DNA of 64,000 nucleotides from Chiloscyllium plagiosum. Taxonomy: Eukaryota. The DNA lies in assembly GCF_004010195.1 (NCBI RefSeq), contig NC_057728.1, forward strand, positions 44,435,729 to 44,499,728, in the 5' to 3' direction. The translations under genes and the position numbers were made by a program. Positions 1-13,040 of this stretch are shown piece by piece. The notes under the pieces were generated by a model. That model was not told the DNA's origin. It made no database searches and saw nothing but the letters and a program-made list of their open reading frames with translations. The number at the start of each line of letters is the position of its first letter. Within the stretch, counting starts at the first letter, position 1.

Positions 1-210
1 CCCTCACCTTATCACCCTCACTTTAACCTCCTTCCACCTATCGCATTTCCAACACCCCTCCCCCAAGTCCCTCCTCCCTACCTTTTATCTTAGCCTGCTT
101 AGCACACTTTCCTCATTTCTGAAGAAGGGCTCATGCCCTAAATGTCGATTCTTCTGCTCCTTGGATGCTGTCTGACCTGCTGCGCTTTTCCAGCAGCACG
201 TTTTCAGCTC
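1..210 (+). mobile_element. Penelope-like element (PLE) 3'/pLTR fragment with degenerate hammerhead motif
   Basis: Same terminal sequence as 2390-2514 and 49581-49709 (ctgaagaagggc..gccc..gtcgattc..ggatgctg.ctgacctgctgcgcttttccagc); hammerhead GAAA mutated to TAAA. Confidence 0.75.
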
Positions 211-480
211 ATCAATATATTTGTCAGGGCCAGAGGGTAACCCATTTCAAAGGGTATCCTGATCTCAAAACAGTTTCTCTCCAGCCATGAGCTAATATTA
301 GGACTGCAAACTCTTTAAGAATGCGCAATCATTACCACTATTTCGCTCAGTCATGGAAATGTTGGTTGGGCGGTTTTGTTGGTGGCACTGCTGAGATTTG
401 TCTTCTTGAAGTGGAGAATAACAATTTTGAGAAACAGCAGAGCAAAATGCGATTATAGAGCCACAAGTCGGGACACTGAT

Positions 481-1458
481 TGTCGTGACTGGACCAGGTG
501 GATCTTATTGACTGAGATCCTTGATTGGGGTTGTTAACCTGGGCCAATCAGGGAGCCCTGACTAACAGATATAAACAGAAGAGTGTATATCTGCGTAAGG
601 ACTGTAATTGATATTTTGATAAACTGTTGAACAGGTTATTTTATAGTTGTGACTTACCCCTTCCCCCCCCGGAAGTGTACAATGAACATTCCAGTGAGTT
701 TTTATTAGAATTGTTTTTGATTTTAATGCTCCAGTTTAAGTGATATAAATGTATTAGTTGTGATCATGACTAAGAATAAAGATACTTTCCATTTAAAAAA
801 AAATTTAAAAAATTAACAGAAGAGTGTGTTTCCTTTCTTCCTGGTGGTAGAATATGAAAAAAATAAACAGAAGAGTACCCTTTGATGTGAAGGGCACTGC
901 TTGTCACTGGCCACTCGGGTGTTTTCCTATCTAAAAAAAAGAAAAGAAAAAAAAATAAACAGAAGAGTCATTGCCCATAGATAAGGAGGGCATTTCTTGT
1001 CACTGGTCACTCGAGTGTTTCCCTTCTTCCTGTTGGTGGAATACAAACAAAGATTTAAACACCTGTTGTTCTTCAATGTGTCCTACACTTGTACACACAC
1101 AAAATGGGTGCTGGGGAAAAATAAGCACTACTGCAGTTAGGCGGTAGTGCAGGGGTAAGGAAAAAATATAAGCAGGAGATTTCAAATCCCTTCAGTTTAG
1201 AGGACTGACTCTGTGCTGGCTGGGTCACAGTCAATGTGTTACTGCTGCTGTGGGTTTCTTTTTTTTGGGTGGGGGGAGGGCATGGGGGGCGAAGCCGGAT
1301 TCGTGAACTGACAAAAAAAAGAAAAAAAATAAGAGAGTCAAAGAGTTTCCTGATTTCAGGGTCTGACTTCTAGCTGGCTAGCCACAGCCTGTGTACTGCG
1401 TACATGTAAATAAAGGGTGACTTGGTGATGGGATACTAGCCTCCATGCAGTTATTTCA
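481..1458 (+). mobile_element. Solo LTR interrupted by several poly(A)-tailed insertions
   Basis: TG...CA termini, near-perfect 5-bp TSD ctgat (476-480)/ctggt (1459-1463), CCAAT (544), TATA-like gatataaac (568-576), AATAAA (~1408). Confidence 0.75.
585..1166 (+). mobile_element. Stack of four 5'-truncated non-LTR retrotransposon 3' ends (L1/Tx1-like), each poly(A)-tailed
   Basis: Each insert ends in an A-run followed by a copy of ataaacagaagagt; inserts 2-4 share gtgtt(t)tcc..tct and inserts 3-4 also share cttgtcactgg(c/t)cactcg. Confidence 0.65.
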
Positions 1459-1769
1459 CTGGTAATTGGAACCAGTAGACAGGGAAGCTGGGGTTCAAGC
1501 AGGAGAAAGCAAGGGTCCATAACAACCAGTGGATAAATATTGTGCCTGTGGGCTGGTCATTACCAAGTGAATGAAAAGGAAATATTTAATTTATATTTAA
1601 TTTGCTTTAAAGAAGGACTGAGAAATAGGATTGGTGGCAGAAAGACTGGTTTAAACTGTAATGAAGGGAACCAAAAGCATTGGCAGTAAAAAGCAGGAGA
1701 TGCAAAGATCGAGAGCAATATCTCAAAATGTTAATCATAAGAATGTAGGAACATAAGCAATAGGCCCCC

Positions 1770-2514
1770 CACCAACCCACCCTCCACTTCCGGCACCTTC
1801 CCTTGCCATAACAAGAGGTGTAAAACCTGCGTCCACATCTACACTCCCTCACTTCCATCCAAGGCCCCAAAGGATCCTTCCACATCCAACAGAGATTTTC
1901 ATGTACCTCCACACATGTCACCTACTGTGTCTGTTGCTGTCTATGTGGTCTCCTCTGCATTGGGAAGACAAGACAAATGGCAGAACATTTCAGATAATAT
2001 CTCTGGGACAGATGTACTAAACAACCCAACCACCCTGTGGCCAACCACTTCAACTCCCCCTCCCATTCCGCCAAGGACATTCAAGTCCTGGGCCTCCTCC
2101 ACTGCCAAATTCTAGCCACCCGACACCTGAAGGAATAATGCCTCATCTTCCGCCTTGGGACTCTCCAACCTCATGGGAATCTATGTCAATTTCACCAGTT
2201 TTCTCATCTCCCCTCCCTCCACCTTATCCTAGATCCAACCCTCTAACTTGGCACCACTCTTTTAAACCATTCTACCTGACCATCTTCCTTCACACCTCTG
2301 CTCCGATTTATTATCATCAACCCCCACATTCATCTATCTATCTCATTCCCAGCTACCTTCCCCCAGCACTCTACCACCCCCACATTACTGATGATGAGCT
2401 TATGCTCAAAACATTGATTCTCCTGCTCCTTGAATGCTGCCTGACCAACTGTGCTTTTCCAGCACCACAATTTTTGACTCTGATTTCCAGCATCAGCAGT
2501 CCTCACTTTCTCCC
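1770..2514 (+). mobile_element. Penelope-like element 3' part: decayed GIY-YIG endonuclease plus pLTR
   Basis: Translates with frameshifts to GTFPCHNKRCKTCVH..TSIQGPKGSFHIQQRFSCTSTHVTYCVCC..CGLLCIG, the Cys-rich GIY-YIG region of Penelope/Poseidon; CTGATGA hammerhead remnant at 2388. Confidence 0.85.
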
Positions 2515-4799
2515 AGTAACACTCACGTCGCATGTTCCATGAACCAATTTTAAAAAAATTATCTGTGCCTACAATTTCGCACCCTTCACTTTGGATCAAT
2601 GTATATTTGCAAAGCCCATGTAGGATAGTTATCCAGTAAATACCATGCTGTTTTGGATAGCAATATAGATTTCAAGTGACTTGGGAAAACAAAAAAACCC
2701 ATTGCAAATGATTTAATTTTTACTTTGTACACTTAGTTGGTGATAAACTGTGGCCGTATTTTTCTGAAATTCTAGAAATGTGTGAAATGAATTTTCCTGA
2801 TTTATACATATGTTCTTGAAGAAGAAAGAGGATTAATCCAGACTGCTAGTTTGGAATGGGTCTGTCTTATTTTGTTATCACTTACTATTGTTCATCCAGT
2901 CACAAACAGGCAAAAGTGTACCTATATTTCATTCAAAGAACTGTGTGCGACAATGAATGGGAAATGAATTGTTATAAGAACAGTGTCAGAGTTTTGTGGA
3001 ATGCTATAATTTGAATTACAACTAAACTGGGCCACAAATATGTCACTGTCAATTATTGTGAAAATCACTTTGGCCTTACATTTTGTGCCATAAGTCCAAT
3101 CCAGAAATGTTATCCTAAGGGGAGTTAGCATGGAATGCCAAACAGGGCAACCCTTCTTTGGAATCACTTTGAACATCAGAGTCCAAACTGTAGCTTGCAA
3201 ACATGAGGTCGGGTACAGAGCTGTCTATTCATTTGCCAACAGACTTCTCTGTTTTGTGTTTCCTTTCACTTTGCTTCTGCCTGGGACGCCTTTTCCTCTT
3301 CAGCTTAAAAACGCCCTCAGTGAATTGAAATGCCTTTTGAATCTTTCCAAAGGCAAATGTTGACCACTTAGCCTGTAGGCAGTTGCACCCTTTGAATTTT
3401 GCCTAAGATGTGATCCTCCCATTAGGCAATTGCTCCCTGCACAAGGCCAAGAACTCCACAGGGAATTATAAATAATTATGGAGATGAGCTAACCATGGAA
3501 ACGTGCAAACGATCAGCTCACTGCAGTTCTGGCTAGCTTTCCACTACCATGTAGTCAATCAGGATTGAACTTTGCCAGGAAGTCCTGACAATCTACACTA
3601 AGATGTGACTAAACCACAGGAAATATGGTAAAACACTTAGCGAACAGTCCAACAGAGACAATCACACATAGAATAAACACTGGTTTGCCAAACTAAATAA
3701 ATGTTTTACATGCGTGTTCATTAAATGTGGAATTGGCTGTATTCAGATATTTACTAATTTAAAGTTGGCTGCAAATTCCAATAAAGTTTCACCAGCAAAG
3801 TGGTAAAGGAACCATCTGATTCAGCTGGCACTGTGCTGGTTAAAATCTACTGGAGGACTTTGAATTATTAACTTAGCGACAATTAATATCTCTAGAATTC
3901 AACAAAAGGCAATAATGGCTATTCATTCAATGCTAAATGCTAGTATGAGGATATTAGAACAGTGGATTGATGAAATAAAGTGGAATCTTCTAGGAGCCCG
4001 AAGGTGTGGGCTGTAGTGTAAAATCTGGGAGAACCAGGTAAGAATTTCATTGAATCATTTTTTGATGTAAGGAGCATCTAGTTGTATTTTCCAGAGTTCT
4101 GGGCATTGAGATGAAGTCCTCACTTAAGGACCTGCAAGATGCTTAATGAACAGGAGACCATCGCTTGTTATCAGCCTCATTAATTACAGATCTTGCCTTA
4201 ACAATATGCACTTCCAATTCTACCAACTGTAAACGAGGCTCCAAGAATTCCTGTCATGAAAGTCTGAACAAGTAACTGGTGATCCCAACTTGCTGCTGTG
4301 TCTTGCACACACAGCAACAACATCTTGGTAGGCTGTATAAGCAGTAACTGGATATGCCAGCAGTGGCGAGTTCTTCTGGATATGGCAAGTGGGAGAATTG
4401 GACTAGTATCAGATGAGATGGATGACATGTGACATGGTTAATTAAAAGAGTTTGGGGTGAAAGTGTGAGAAAATGATTTAAGTCTCACAGAGAGAGAAAT
4501 CCTCCATGAAACTCAATGAAATTGATATTTAACAAAAGGAGCATAAGATTCAGCCCAGAGAAAACTTTCACAGTCAGATTCAATATAGAATAGTGGCTAA
4601 ATATGTTGATGGGATCAGTTGCACACTGCATGAGGGGTGAAGATAATAGCTACCCCTCCATTTCCAATCCACCATCTAACAAACTTCACCTGAGCCCTGA
4701 TATCCATGTTATTTATCTCTGTCCAAACCTTTTATGATGCCATCTGATATCTGTTTGTTTGGCTCCACGTTATTTATTCCAAATTAAATAGCCATTCCT

Positions 4800-5290
4800 A
4801 TCAGAGCAGACGGAGGTCATTTGGCCTCCCAAGCCTGCTCTAGAATTCGATATGATCATGGCTGACCTGTTTAAGGTTTGAAATCCCATTTCTCCTTGAT
4901 AACCTTGGATTCTTGTTAGGACGGGGAATCAATGTCCCTCTGCTTTAACATTATGAAGTGACATTGCCTCCACTACTTTCTGGAAAGCAAATTCTAAAGT
5001 CGCACAACCCACTATGAGAGAAAATAAATCCTCATCTCAGTCCTGAAAGGGTGTAGCCCTGATTTTCAGTTCTAGGGACTCACCCACAGAGGGAAACATC
5101 CTTTCCATGTCCATCTTGTAAAGGTCATTCAGGATCCTGTATACTTCAATTAAATCACCACCCCCATTCTAAATTCCAATGGAAGCAAGCCTCGTTCAAC
5201 TTGTCTGCTTAAGGTAGCCTGCTTATTGCAGGTACCCATTCAATAAACATCCTAAGAACCATATCCATCCTGAAGTAAGGAGACAAAACT
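4800..5290 (-). mobile_element. Old CR1 LINE 3' end
   Basis: Degenerate match to the CR1 3' regions at 7557-8780 and 42783-44480. Confidence 0.6.
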
Positions 5291-5349
5291 GCACGTGTGG
5301 ACATAGCAAATATTTGCTGCTTGTCTGCCTATTGTCCTTATCTATCTCA

Positions 5350-5560
5350 ACAGTCTGGCAGCATCTGTAGGAAGAAAGCAGAATTAATGTTTTGAGTTCA
5401 GCAACTCTCCATCACCTGCTGCTGCTAACAGTTCTGATGAAGAGTCATTGGACTTGAAACACTGACACTGCTTTCTCCCCACAAATGCTGCCAGATCTGC
5501 TGAATTTCTCCAGCAATTTCTGTTTTTGTAAAATCAGATTCCAAGCATCCACAGTTCTTT
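5350..5560. mobile_element. Second PLE family terminal fragment, inverted arrangement, hammerhead-like motif
   Basis: tctggcagcatctgtagg.. / ..cacaaatgctgccagatctgctgaatttctccagc inverted halves; ctgatga-agagtc-attg-gactt-gaaac at ~5434-5460. Confidence 0.6.
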
Positions 5561-7556
5561 CGTTTCCTTCTTATCTTTCAGTTATCCTAAGTACACTTCT
5601 TCTTGTTGTCAGGTGGTCTCATCTATGCTCTGTATAACTGAAGTATCGTATCCTTTCATTATTCTTTGGTGTGATGTAAATGCAAGTTTTCTTCCTGATA
5701 ATTCTGGATAATTAATGTACTTAGCTTTGTATGGCTTTAATGTGCTTTTTGTTTGGACTGACCAAAATTGTCCACAGTGTCCTTTAGTGTTATCGAATAA
5801 ATGATTAGCATGAATTGTTATTCTGTGTTACTTGCCATTCATAAAGCCCCCAATGTTGTCAGTTCTATTTTTTAAAAACAAATGGCTGCTCCCTTACAAT
5901 ACCACTATGGCTAAACATCAAAACTGTTTTAAGTGACTGTGAACTTTGAGTATTTGGAATACTCTGGGGTTGTTCAAGACTTCTAAACAAAATTACTTCT
6001 ATTTGGTTGTCAGATAACATTGTGCGTGATCTCTCTTTTCATCTACACCTTACAATTCTCGCAGTTTTTCTATAAAATGACATTTTTCTGCTTGTGTCCA
6101 TATTAAATCGTATTTGCCACTTGTCTGTCCACATCAATCTACGTTATCCCAAGTAGTTACACTCCTCCCTGCTGTTTAATAAACCTCCTACTTCTGTGTC
6201 GTCAGCCTCCTTCCTAGATATGATCCCTTAAATCAAATCCAAATCCTGAGAATATGCAGAAAACAAAAGAGCCCCAAGCAATGTACTCCGGTGTACATAA
6301 TGCCCAACCCTTCCCTGCATTGCATTTAGCTATTGGATCTTTGTGCTTCAGTGGGCAGACTGAATGCAGTATTCAGGATGCAGCCAGACCAGAACACTGC
6401 AGTATAAGCTTCAGCACCACAATTTCTGACTCATTCTACAATTTGGCAATGTAACTCAGTACTTTGTTTTTTTGTTAATTGCTTTGCTATAAAGGAACAT
6501 GGCAAATATAGGGCATAATAACATTCCCAGACTTCTCTTTCTATATTTGAACATTATAGCCAGTAGATTCCTAGGGAACATCAGAGACTCTCCATGGTAT
6601 TCCCTTGATGAAAGCTCCTTGCTTCCACAGGAAATACGAGGAAAAATGAAAATGTATGGAATGTTCCTGGATTGCGGTCACCCCATGCAAAAATCAATAA
6701 TTTCAGTAATTCCTCAGCTGATGTTCCATATTGCAATACCTATCTCACATTATTTTCAATGTTGGTTAATATGTGCATGAACACCTTTCCTAACAAGCCA
6801 ACTCCTAAATTTACCAATTCATAGAAAAATCTTTTACAGCAAAGTAAATGGGATATGGAAATCAAATTGAAAACAATGATCTGGACCAATTTATAAAGGG
6901 TTAAAAAAACATGTCAGTTTGATGAAATGTTATGAAAATCTCTTTGTATATCTTACAATAAACCTGCTTTAAAAGTAGCTGTATTGAAAGAACAGTATGT
7001 AGTCTTTGCAAATGTTACACAATTATGTAAAGAGTCTTCCATTCCAGGAATTTAGCTGTATAAAACTGAACTGCTGATGATACGAAGCATATTCAATTTT
7101 TATATCCCTAAAAGTCCGTTGGTGAGATAGAGATTATTTGCTGGAACAATAATCTTCAAAACTTCAAACATGATAAGGAAAGCTATTTCGCTCTTCGGGA
7201 CACTTAAGATATCCACTAATGCAAATGTTAATACAAATTGACCTCCTTTGGATGGGGATAAGACCAGCATCCCTCAATTCCCTTAAGGTGGTTTGCTTCT
7301 GGAATAATTCCTTCCTTGGTAATCAATTCCCTTCTGAACCTAACAGTAAACATTTCTCCAGCCAATATATGAACTTTTAAATGAATCACAACTTCCATTT
7401 TGAATCTGATATTTTAAAACTAATTTTAACTAAAACAGAATGTAGAAAAATAAACTGCAAACAGGCATTACTTTCACATTACATCCTTCCCCTGAGTATT
7501 TGTTACTTGAGCGCTGCTATTGTGTTGTTAATGAGAAGAACTGTAAGAGCAGAAGG

Positions 7557-8782
7557 CCATAAGATGCTGGAACAGAAGCAGGCCATTTAGCCCATCAAGT
7601 CTCGACCATTCAATGAGATCATGGATGATTTGATAATGCTCAACTCGATTTTTCTGCTTTTTCACTATAACCCTTCATGCCTTCCCTGATTAAATATCTG
7701 GTTACCTCAGTCTTGAAAACGCTTAATGTTGCAATCTCTAACAGCCCTCTGCATTAATCAATTTCATAAATTTACCACCCTCGAAGAGAAGAAATTCCTC
7801 CTCTTGTTGAAAAGGTAACCCTTAGATTAGATTAGATTACATTACAGTGTGGAAACAGGCCCTTCGGCCCAACAAGTCCACACCGACCCGCCGAAGCGCA
7901 ACCCACCCATACCCCTACATTTACCCCTTACCTAACACTACGGGCAATTTAGCATGGCCAATTCACCTAACCTGCACATCTTTGGACTGTGGGAGGAAAC
8001 CGGAGCACCCGAAGGAAACCCACGCAGACACGGGGAGAACGTGCAAACTCCACACAGTCAGTCGCCTGAGGCGGGAATTGAACCCAGGTCTCTGACGCTG
8101 TGAGGCAGCAGTGCTAACCACTGTGCCACCATGCTGCCTTATTCCGAGATTTTGCCTTCTACTCCTAAACATTCCCGCAACGTCTCTGTCTACTCTGTCA
8201 ATTTCCTGAAGAAACTCATACATTTCAATTAAGTCTCTTCTTATTCTTTTAAACTTCAGAGAGTGTGGGTCCATCCGACTCAACCTCTCCTGATTAGACA
8301 ATACCTCCATTCTGGGATCAACCTAATGAACCTTCTCTGGACTGCTTCCAATGTAATCTTTCCTTAGATACGGGCCTAAAAGTGTTCAGAGTACTCCAAC
8401 CATGGTTTTTCTAGCACCTTGTATCGTTTTAGCAAGAGTTCATTAATTTTACATTTCAATTCCTTTGAAATAAAGGCCAACATTTCATTTTCCTTCCCTA
8501 CTACCTGCTGAAGTGGATTCTAGCTATTTGAGATTTATGCATGAGGACTCCTAACCCCCTCTGTTCTGGAGATTTCTGTTGTCTTTCTCCACTTAAATAA
8601 TATTCAGCTCTTCTATTCTTCCTGTTGACATGCATAACCTTATATTTTTCCATTTGATGTTCCATCTGCTAAGATTTTGTCCACTTGCTTAACCTGTCTA
8701 TATCCCATAGCAGACTCTTTGTGTCATCCTCAGCACTTAACGTTCCACTGATGTTTGTGTCAATCTGCAAACTTGGTTATAC
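7557..8782 (-). mobile_element. CR1 LINE 3' half (continues at 12582-13040), host of nested insertions
   Basis: Minus-strand peptide ..ERLSRMDPHSLKFKRIRRDLIEMYEFLQEIDRVD; RT sequence resumes after the LTR (aacttggttatac | tagtacactcac). Confidence 0.85.
7822..8138 (-). mobile_element. HE1-like tRNA-derived V-SINE, young full-length copy
   Basis: tRNA-like A/B boxes (agtggttagc / ggttcaattccc), V-domain core, CR1-like tail ending in (tctaa)n, CpGs retained, short cctta duplication at flanks. Confidence 0.9.
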
Positions 8783-11700
8783 TGTTATGGGCCTGAAAAA
8801 ATCCTGGCAAGATATATGATGAAGATAGCTTAGACCCTAACTTTTTCTTATTTTAAAGGTAAGTGTAAGGTGTTGCACTCCAGATGCAATTTGATTGATC
8901 AAATTGCTCAATTTAAGGCAAAACACACTTTATTTTTATACTACAGTTAAACAAAATACAAACAAAAATAAAATAAGGAGATTGGCTTAACTGCTTAACA
9001 ACGCTTAACAAAACAACATATATACTAACTATTACTAATTAACTATTCTAATACAGTAACATCCCATAAACACACCCTTGTGTGTAAATTTAATTAAAAT
9101 AGATTCTCACATGCAATTCTAGCAGGGGAAAGAGAGTTCCAGCTTCTAGCTGTAACTGAGAGAGGAATAAGAACTTCCACACCCAGCTTCCAGCATCCAG
9201 CAACTGCAGAAAACTAAAAACAAAAATCCCAGTTCTGTGGGAGCTTGACCCCATCCATTTCAGGGAGTTAGGTTGGAAGCTAAAAAGCAGGATGAACAGA
9301 GTAGTAATCTCAGGATTACTACCAGTGCCATGTGCTAGTGAGGCGAGGAACAGGGAGCAAGTGCAGCTAAATGCGTGGCTACAGGGCTGGTGCAGGAGGG
9401 AGGCTTCAGACACATAGATCATTGGAGTACCTTCTGGGGAAGGTGGGACCTGTATATGAAGGATGGGTTGCATTTAAACTGGAGGGGCACCAATTTCCTG
9501 GGAGGGAGATTTTCTAGAGTACTTCAGGAGGGTTTAAATGAGTTTGGTAAGGGAATGGGAACCAGAACTACAGATCAGCAGAGAGGGTGGTTGTTGAACA
9601 GGTAGAAATAGAGTGCAGAAAGTGTGTCTGGAAGGAGATGCAGTTTATAGGACAAAGGGATGGGTTAAAGTGTGTCTGTTTCAATGCAAGGAGTGTCGGG
9701 ACTAAGAGTGATGAATTAGAGCATGGATCAGTACTTATAAATATGATGTGGCCATAATAGATTTCACAGGGACAGGAATGGTTGCTGAATGTTCCAGGGT
9801 TCAGATCTTTTAAAAAGAACGGGGCTGAGGTTTAAAAGAGGAGTAGCATTGTTAATTAGTCAGTGCATCACAGCTACAGAAAATGAGGTTGTTGAGGAGG
9901 GTTTGTCTACTGAGTCAGTATGGGTGGAAGTCATTTTATTGGGTGTTTTCTGTCGAACCCCCAATAGCAGCAGAAAGATGGAAGAGCAGATTGGACAGTA
10001 GATCTTGGAAAGATGCAGATGTAACAGAGTTATTGTTATGGGTGACTTCAGCTTGGCCAATATTGATTGGAACCTCCTTAGTGCAGATAATTTGGATGGA
10101 GCTGAATTTGTCAGATGTGTCCAGGAAGGATTCCTGACTCAATGTGTAGAGAGGCCGTCTAGGGGGGAGGCCATATTGGATTTGGTGCTAGGCAACGAGC
10201 TGGTCCAGATGCCAGATTTTTCGGTCAGAGAGCATTTCGGTAACAGTGAACAAAACTGCCTCACCTTTACCATAGCCATGGAGAGGTATAGGAACTAACA
10301 GTATGAGAAGGTATTTAACTGGGGGAGTGGAAATTATACTGCTATTAGATGTGGAATATAAATTGCGAACAATTGTTCTACGGGAAAGGCACAACTAAAA
10401 TGTGGAGATTGTTTAAGGAGCACTTGTTGTGAGTGTTGGATAACTTTGTCTGGCTAAGACAGGCAAGGAATGGTAAGGAGAAGGAGCCTTGGATGATAAG
10501 AGAAGAGGAGCTTCTCATCAAGAGGAAGAAGGAAACTTACTTAAGGTTGAGGAAACAAGGATCTGGCAAAGCTTTAGAGGATTACAGGGTAGCTAGGAAA
10601 GAACTCAAAAATGGAATAAGGAGAGCCAGAAGGGGGCATGAAAAAGCGTTGGTGGGAAGGATTAGGGAAAACCCAAAGGCGTTCTATACCTACATGAGGA
10701 AAAAGAGATTGATCAGGGAGAGGGTAGGGCCGATCAGGGATAGTGGAGGGAACTTGTGCCTGGCGTTTGAAGAGGTAGAGGAGGCCCTAAATGAGCTTTT
10801 TGCTTCAGTATTCACTAGAGAGAGGGGCCTTGTTGATAGTGAGAACACAGTGGACCAGGTTAATAGGCTTGAACAGATTGATATTAAGAAAGTGGATGTG
10901 CTGGAAAGTCTGGGAAGCATCAAGATAGATAAATCCCCAGCGCCAGACTAGGTATATCCAAGGTTACAACAGGAAGCGAAGAATGATGATCTTTGCATCC
11001 TCATTCTCCACGGGAGTAGTAGTGGATGATTGGAGGGAGGCAAATGTTGTTCCTCTATTCAAGAAAGTGAATAGGGAAATCTCTGTCTGTGTCTCAGTCT
11101 ATGGTAAGCAAGGTATTGGAAAGAATTCTGAGAGATAGGATTTATGACTATTTGGAAAAACATAGTTTGATTGAAGATAGTCAGCATGGCTTTGTGAGGG
11201 GCCGGCTATGCCTCACAAGTCTTATTGAGATCTTTGGGGATGTAACGAGACAAGTTAACTGAGGTAGAGCAGTGGATGTGGTGCATATGGATTTCAGTAA
11301 GGCATTTGATAAGGTTTCCCATGGTAGGCCCACTCAAAATTGGGAGGTATAGGATACAGGGAAATTTAGCTGTCTGGACACAGAATTGGCTGGTCAAAAG
11401 AAGACAACGAGTGGTAGTGGATGGAAAGTATTCCACCTGGAGGTTGGTGACCAATGGCGTCCGATAGGTATCTGTTTTTCGGTCTCTGCTCTTTGTAGTT
11501 TTTATAAATGACTTGGATGAAGAAGTGGAAGGGTGAGTTAGTAAGTTTGCTGACGACACAACGGTTGGTGGGGTTGTAGATAGTGTCGAGGTCTGTTGCT
11601 GGCTACAACAAGACATTGACAGGATGCAGAGCTGGGTTTGAGAAGTGGAATATGGAGTTCAACCTAGATAAATGCAAAGTGCTTCATTTTGGAAGGTTGA

Positions 11701-12581
11701 ATTTGAATGCTAAATACAGGATTCTTGGCAATGTGGAGGAACAGCAGGACCTTGGGGTCCACATATGTAGATCCCTCAAAGTTGCCACCCTAGTTGATAG
11801 GGTTGTTAAGAAGATGTATGGTGTTTTGGCTTTCATTAACAGACGGATTAAGTTTAAGAGCCATGAGGTTTTGTTGCAGCTTTATAAAACTCTGGTTAGA
11901 CCACATTTGGAGTATTGTGTCCAGTTCTGGTCACCTCATTATAAGAAGGATGTAAATGCTTTACAGAGGGTGCAGAGGAGATTTACCTTGATGATGCCTG
12001 GATTGGAGGGTTTGTCTTATGAAGAGAGGCTGAGTGAGTTAAGGTTTTTCACACTGGAGAGAAGAAGGAAGAGAGGTCATTTGATAGAGGTGTACAAGGT
12101 AATGAGAGGCATAGGCAGAATAGATAGCCAGAGACTTTTCCCCAGGGCTGTTATGAGGGGTCATAATTTTGAGGTGATTGGAGGAAGGCATAGAGGAGAT
12201 GTCAGAGGTAGGTTCATTATGCAGAGTGATGGGTATGTGGAATGCATTGCCAGCAGTGGTAGTAGAGTCAGAGACATTAAGGACATTTAAGCAACTGCTG
12301 GACAAGCACATGGATGGCGGTAAATTGAGGGGCATGTAGGTTAGGTTGATCTTAGATTGATAAATGCTTGGCACAACATTGTGGGCTAAAGGGCCTGCAC
12401 TGTGCTGAATTGTTCTATGTTCTATTCAGCTGCTTCCATTGTTCCAACTTTTAAAAAGTCCAAAGGCCTGACAAATTCTTTAATTTCTTGGCTTTGAGCA
12501 GATTGCTTGTCATCTAAGTCTCAAACATTCTTCACAAATAAAAGGACAAAATACATGCCTTAAAGCCAGAGTATTGTCATT
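8783..12581 (-). mobile_element. Solo LTR split by a 3.2-kb CR1 insertion (parts ~8783-9260 and ~12426-12581)
   Basis: Starts tgttatgg, ends gtattgtca; halves join across a short ttcag overlap; related to the LTR starting at 63677. Confidence 0.6.
9258..12428 (+). mobile_element. CR1 (HER1-like) LINE, 5'-truncated: ORF1 SGNH esterase end plus ORF2 APE/RT, inactivated
   Basis: RVVISGLLPV..DHWSTFWGRWDLYMKDGLHLN (esterase), VMGDF and EAILDLVLGN (APE), DKSP, SQHGF, DFSKAFD, KFADDT, LYKTLVRPHLEYCVQFWSP; many stops/frameshifts; (ttctatg)n tail. Confidence 0.95.
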
Positions 12582-13040
12582 GTAGTACACTCACTTTTCT
12601 TATCCAAGTTATTAACATATGTTGTAAATAATTGTGGTCACAACATTGATCTGTGTGACACTCCTCCAGTTACAGGTTGCCTTCCTGAGAATATCCCTTC
12701 TTATCCTAGCTCTTTGCCTTCTATTAGTTAGCCAATTCTTTATCCATGCTAATACACTATTTCCAACACCATGGTCTTTTTATCTTATTAAGGACCCTAA
12801 TGTGTGGTATCATATCAAATGTTTCCTAAAATCCAAATATATTATATTGACTATTTCCCCCTTATCCATCCTGCTTGTTACTCTATCAAAGAATTCTAAT
12901 AAATTTGTCAGACATGATTTCCCCGTTGTGAAGTCAAGTGGACTCTGCTTGATCATTTTTGTATTTCTAAATTACATACTTTACAATAGACTTTCATGTT
13001 ATCCCAAAAACAGAGATTAAACCAACTGTGCTTTAACTTC
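12582..13040 (-). mobile_element. CR1 RT fragment (continuation of 7557-8782)
   Basis: Reverse complement encodes GEIVNIIYLDFRKHLIW.. and a QHGF-like region of CR1 RT. Confidence 0.75.

Noticed and set aside
117..150. Functional hammerhead ribozyme (also the copies at 2388, ~50365-50395 and ~56825)
   Set aside because: Conserved GAAA or CUGANGA core is mutated or truncated in these copies
571..968. CRISPR-like repeat/spacer array
   Set aside because: Repeat is only 14 bp, spacers vary ~37-230 bp and end in poly(A), no cas genes, vertebrate context; better explained as serial target-site duplications
9258..12428. Active autonomous LINE
   Set aside because: 5'-truncated, with many in-frame stops, deletions and frameshifts
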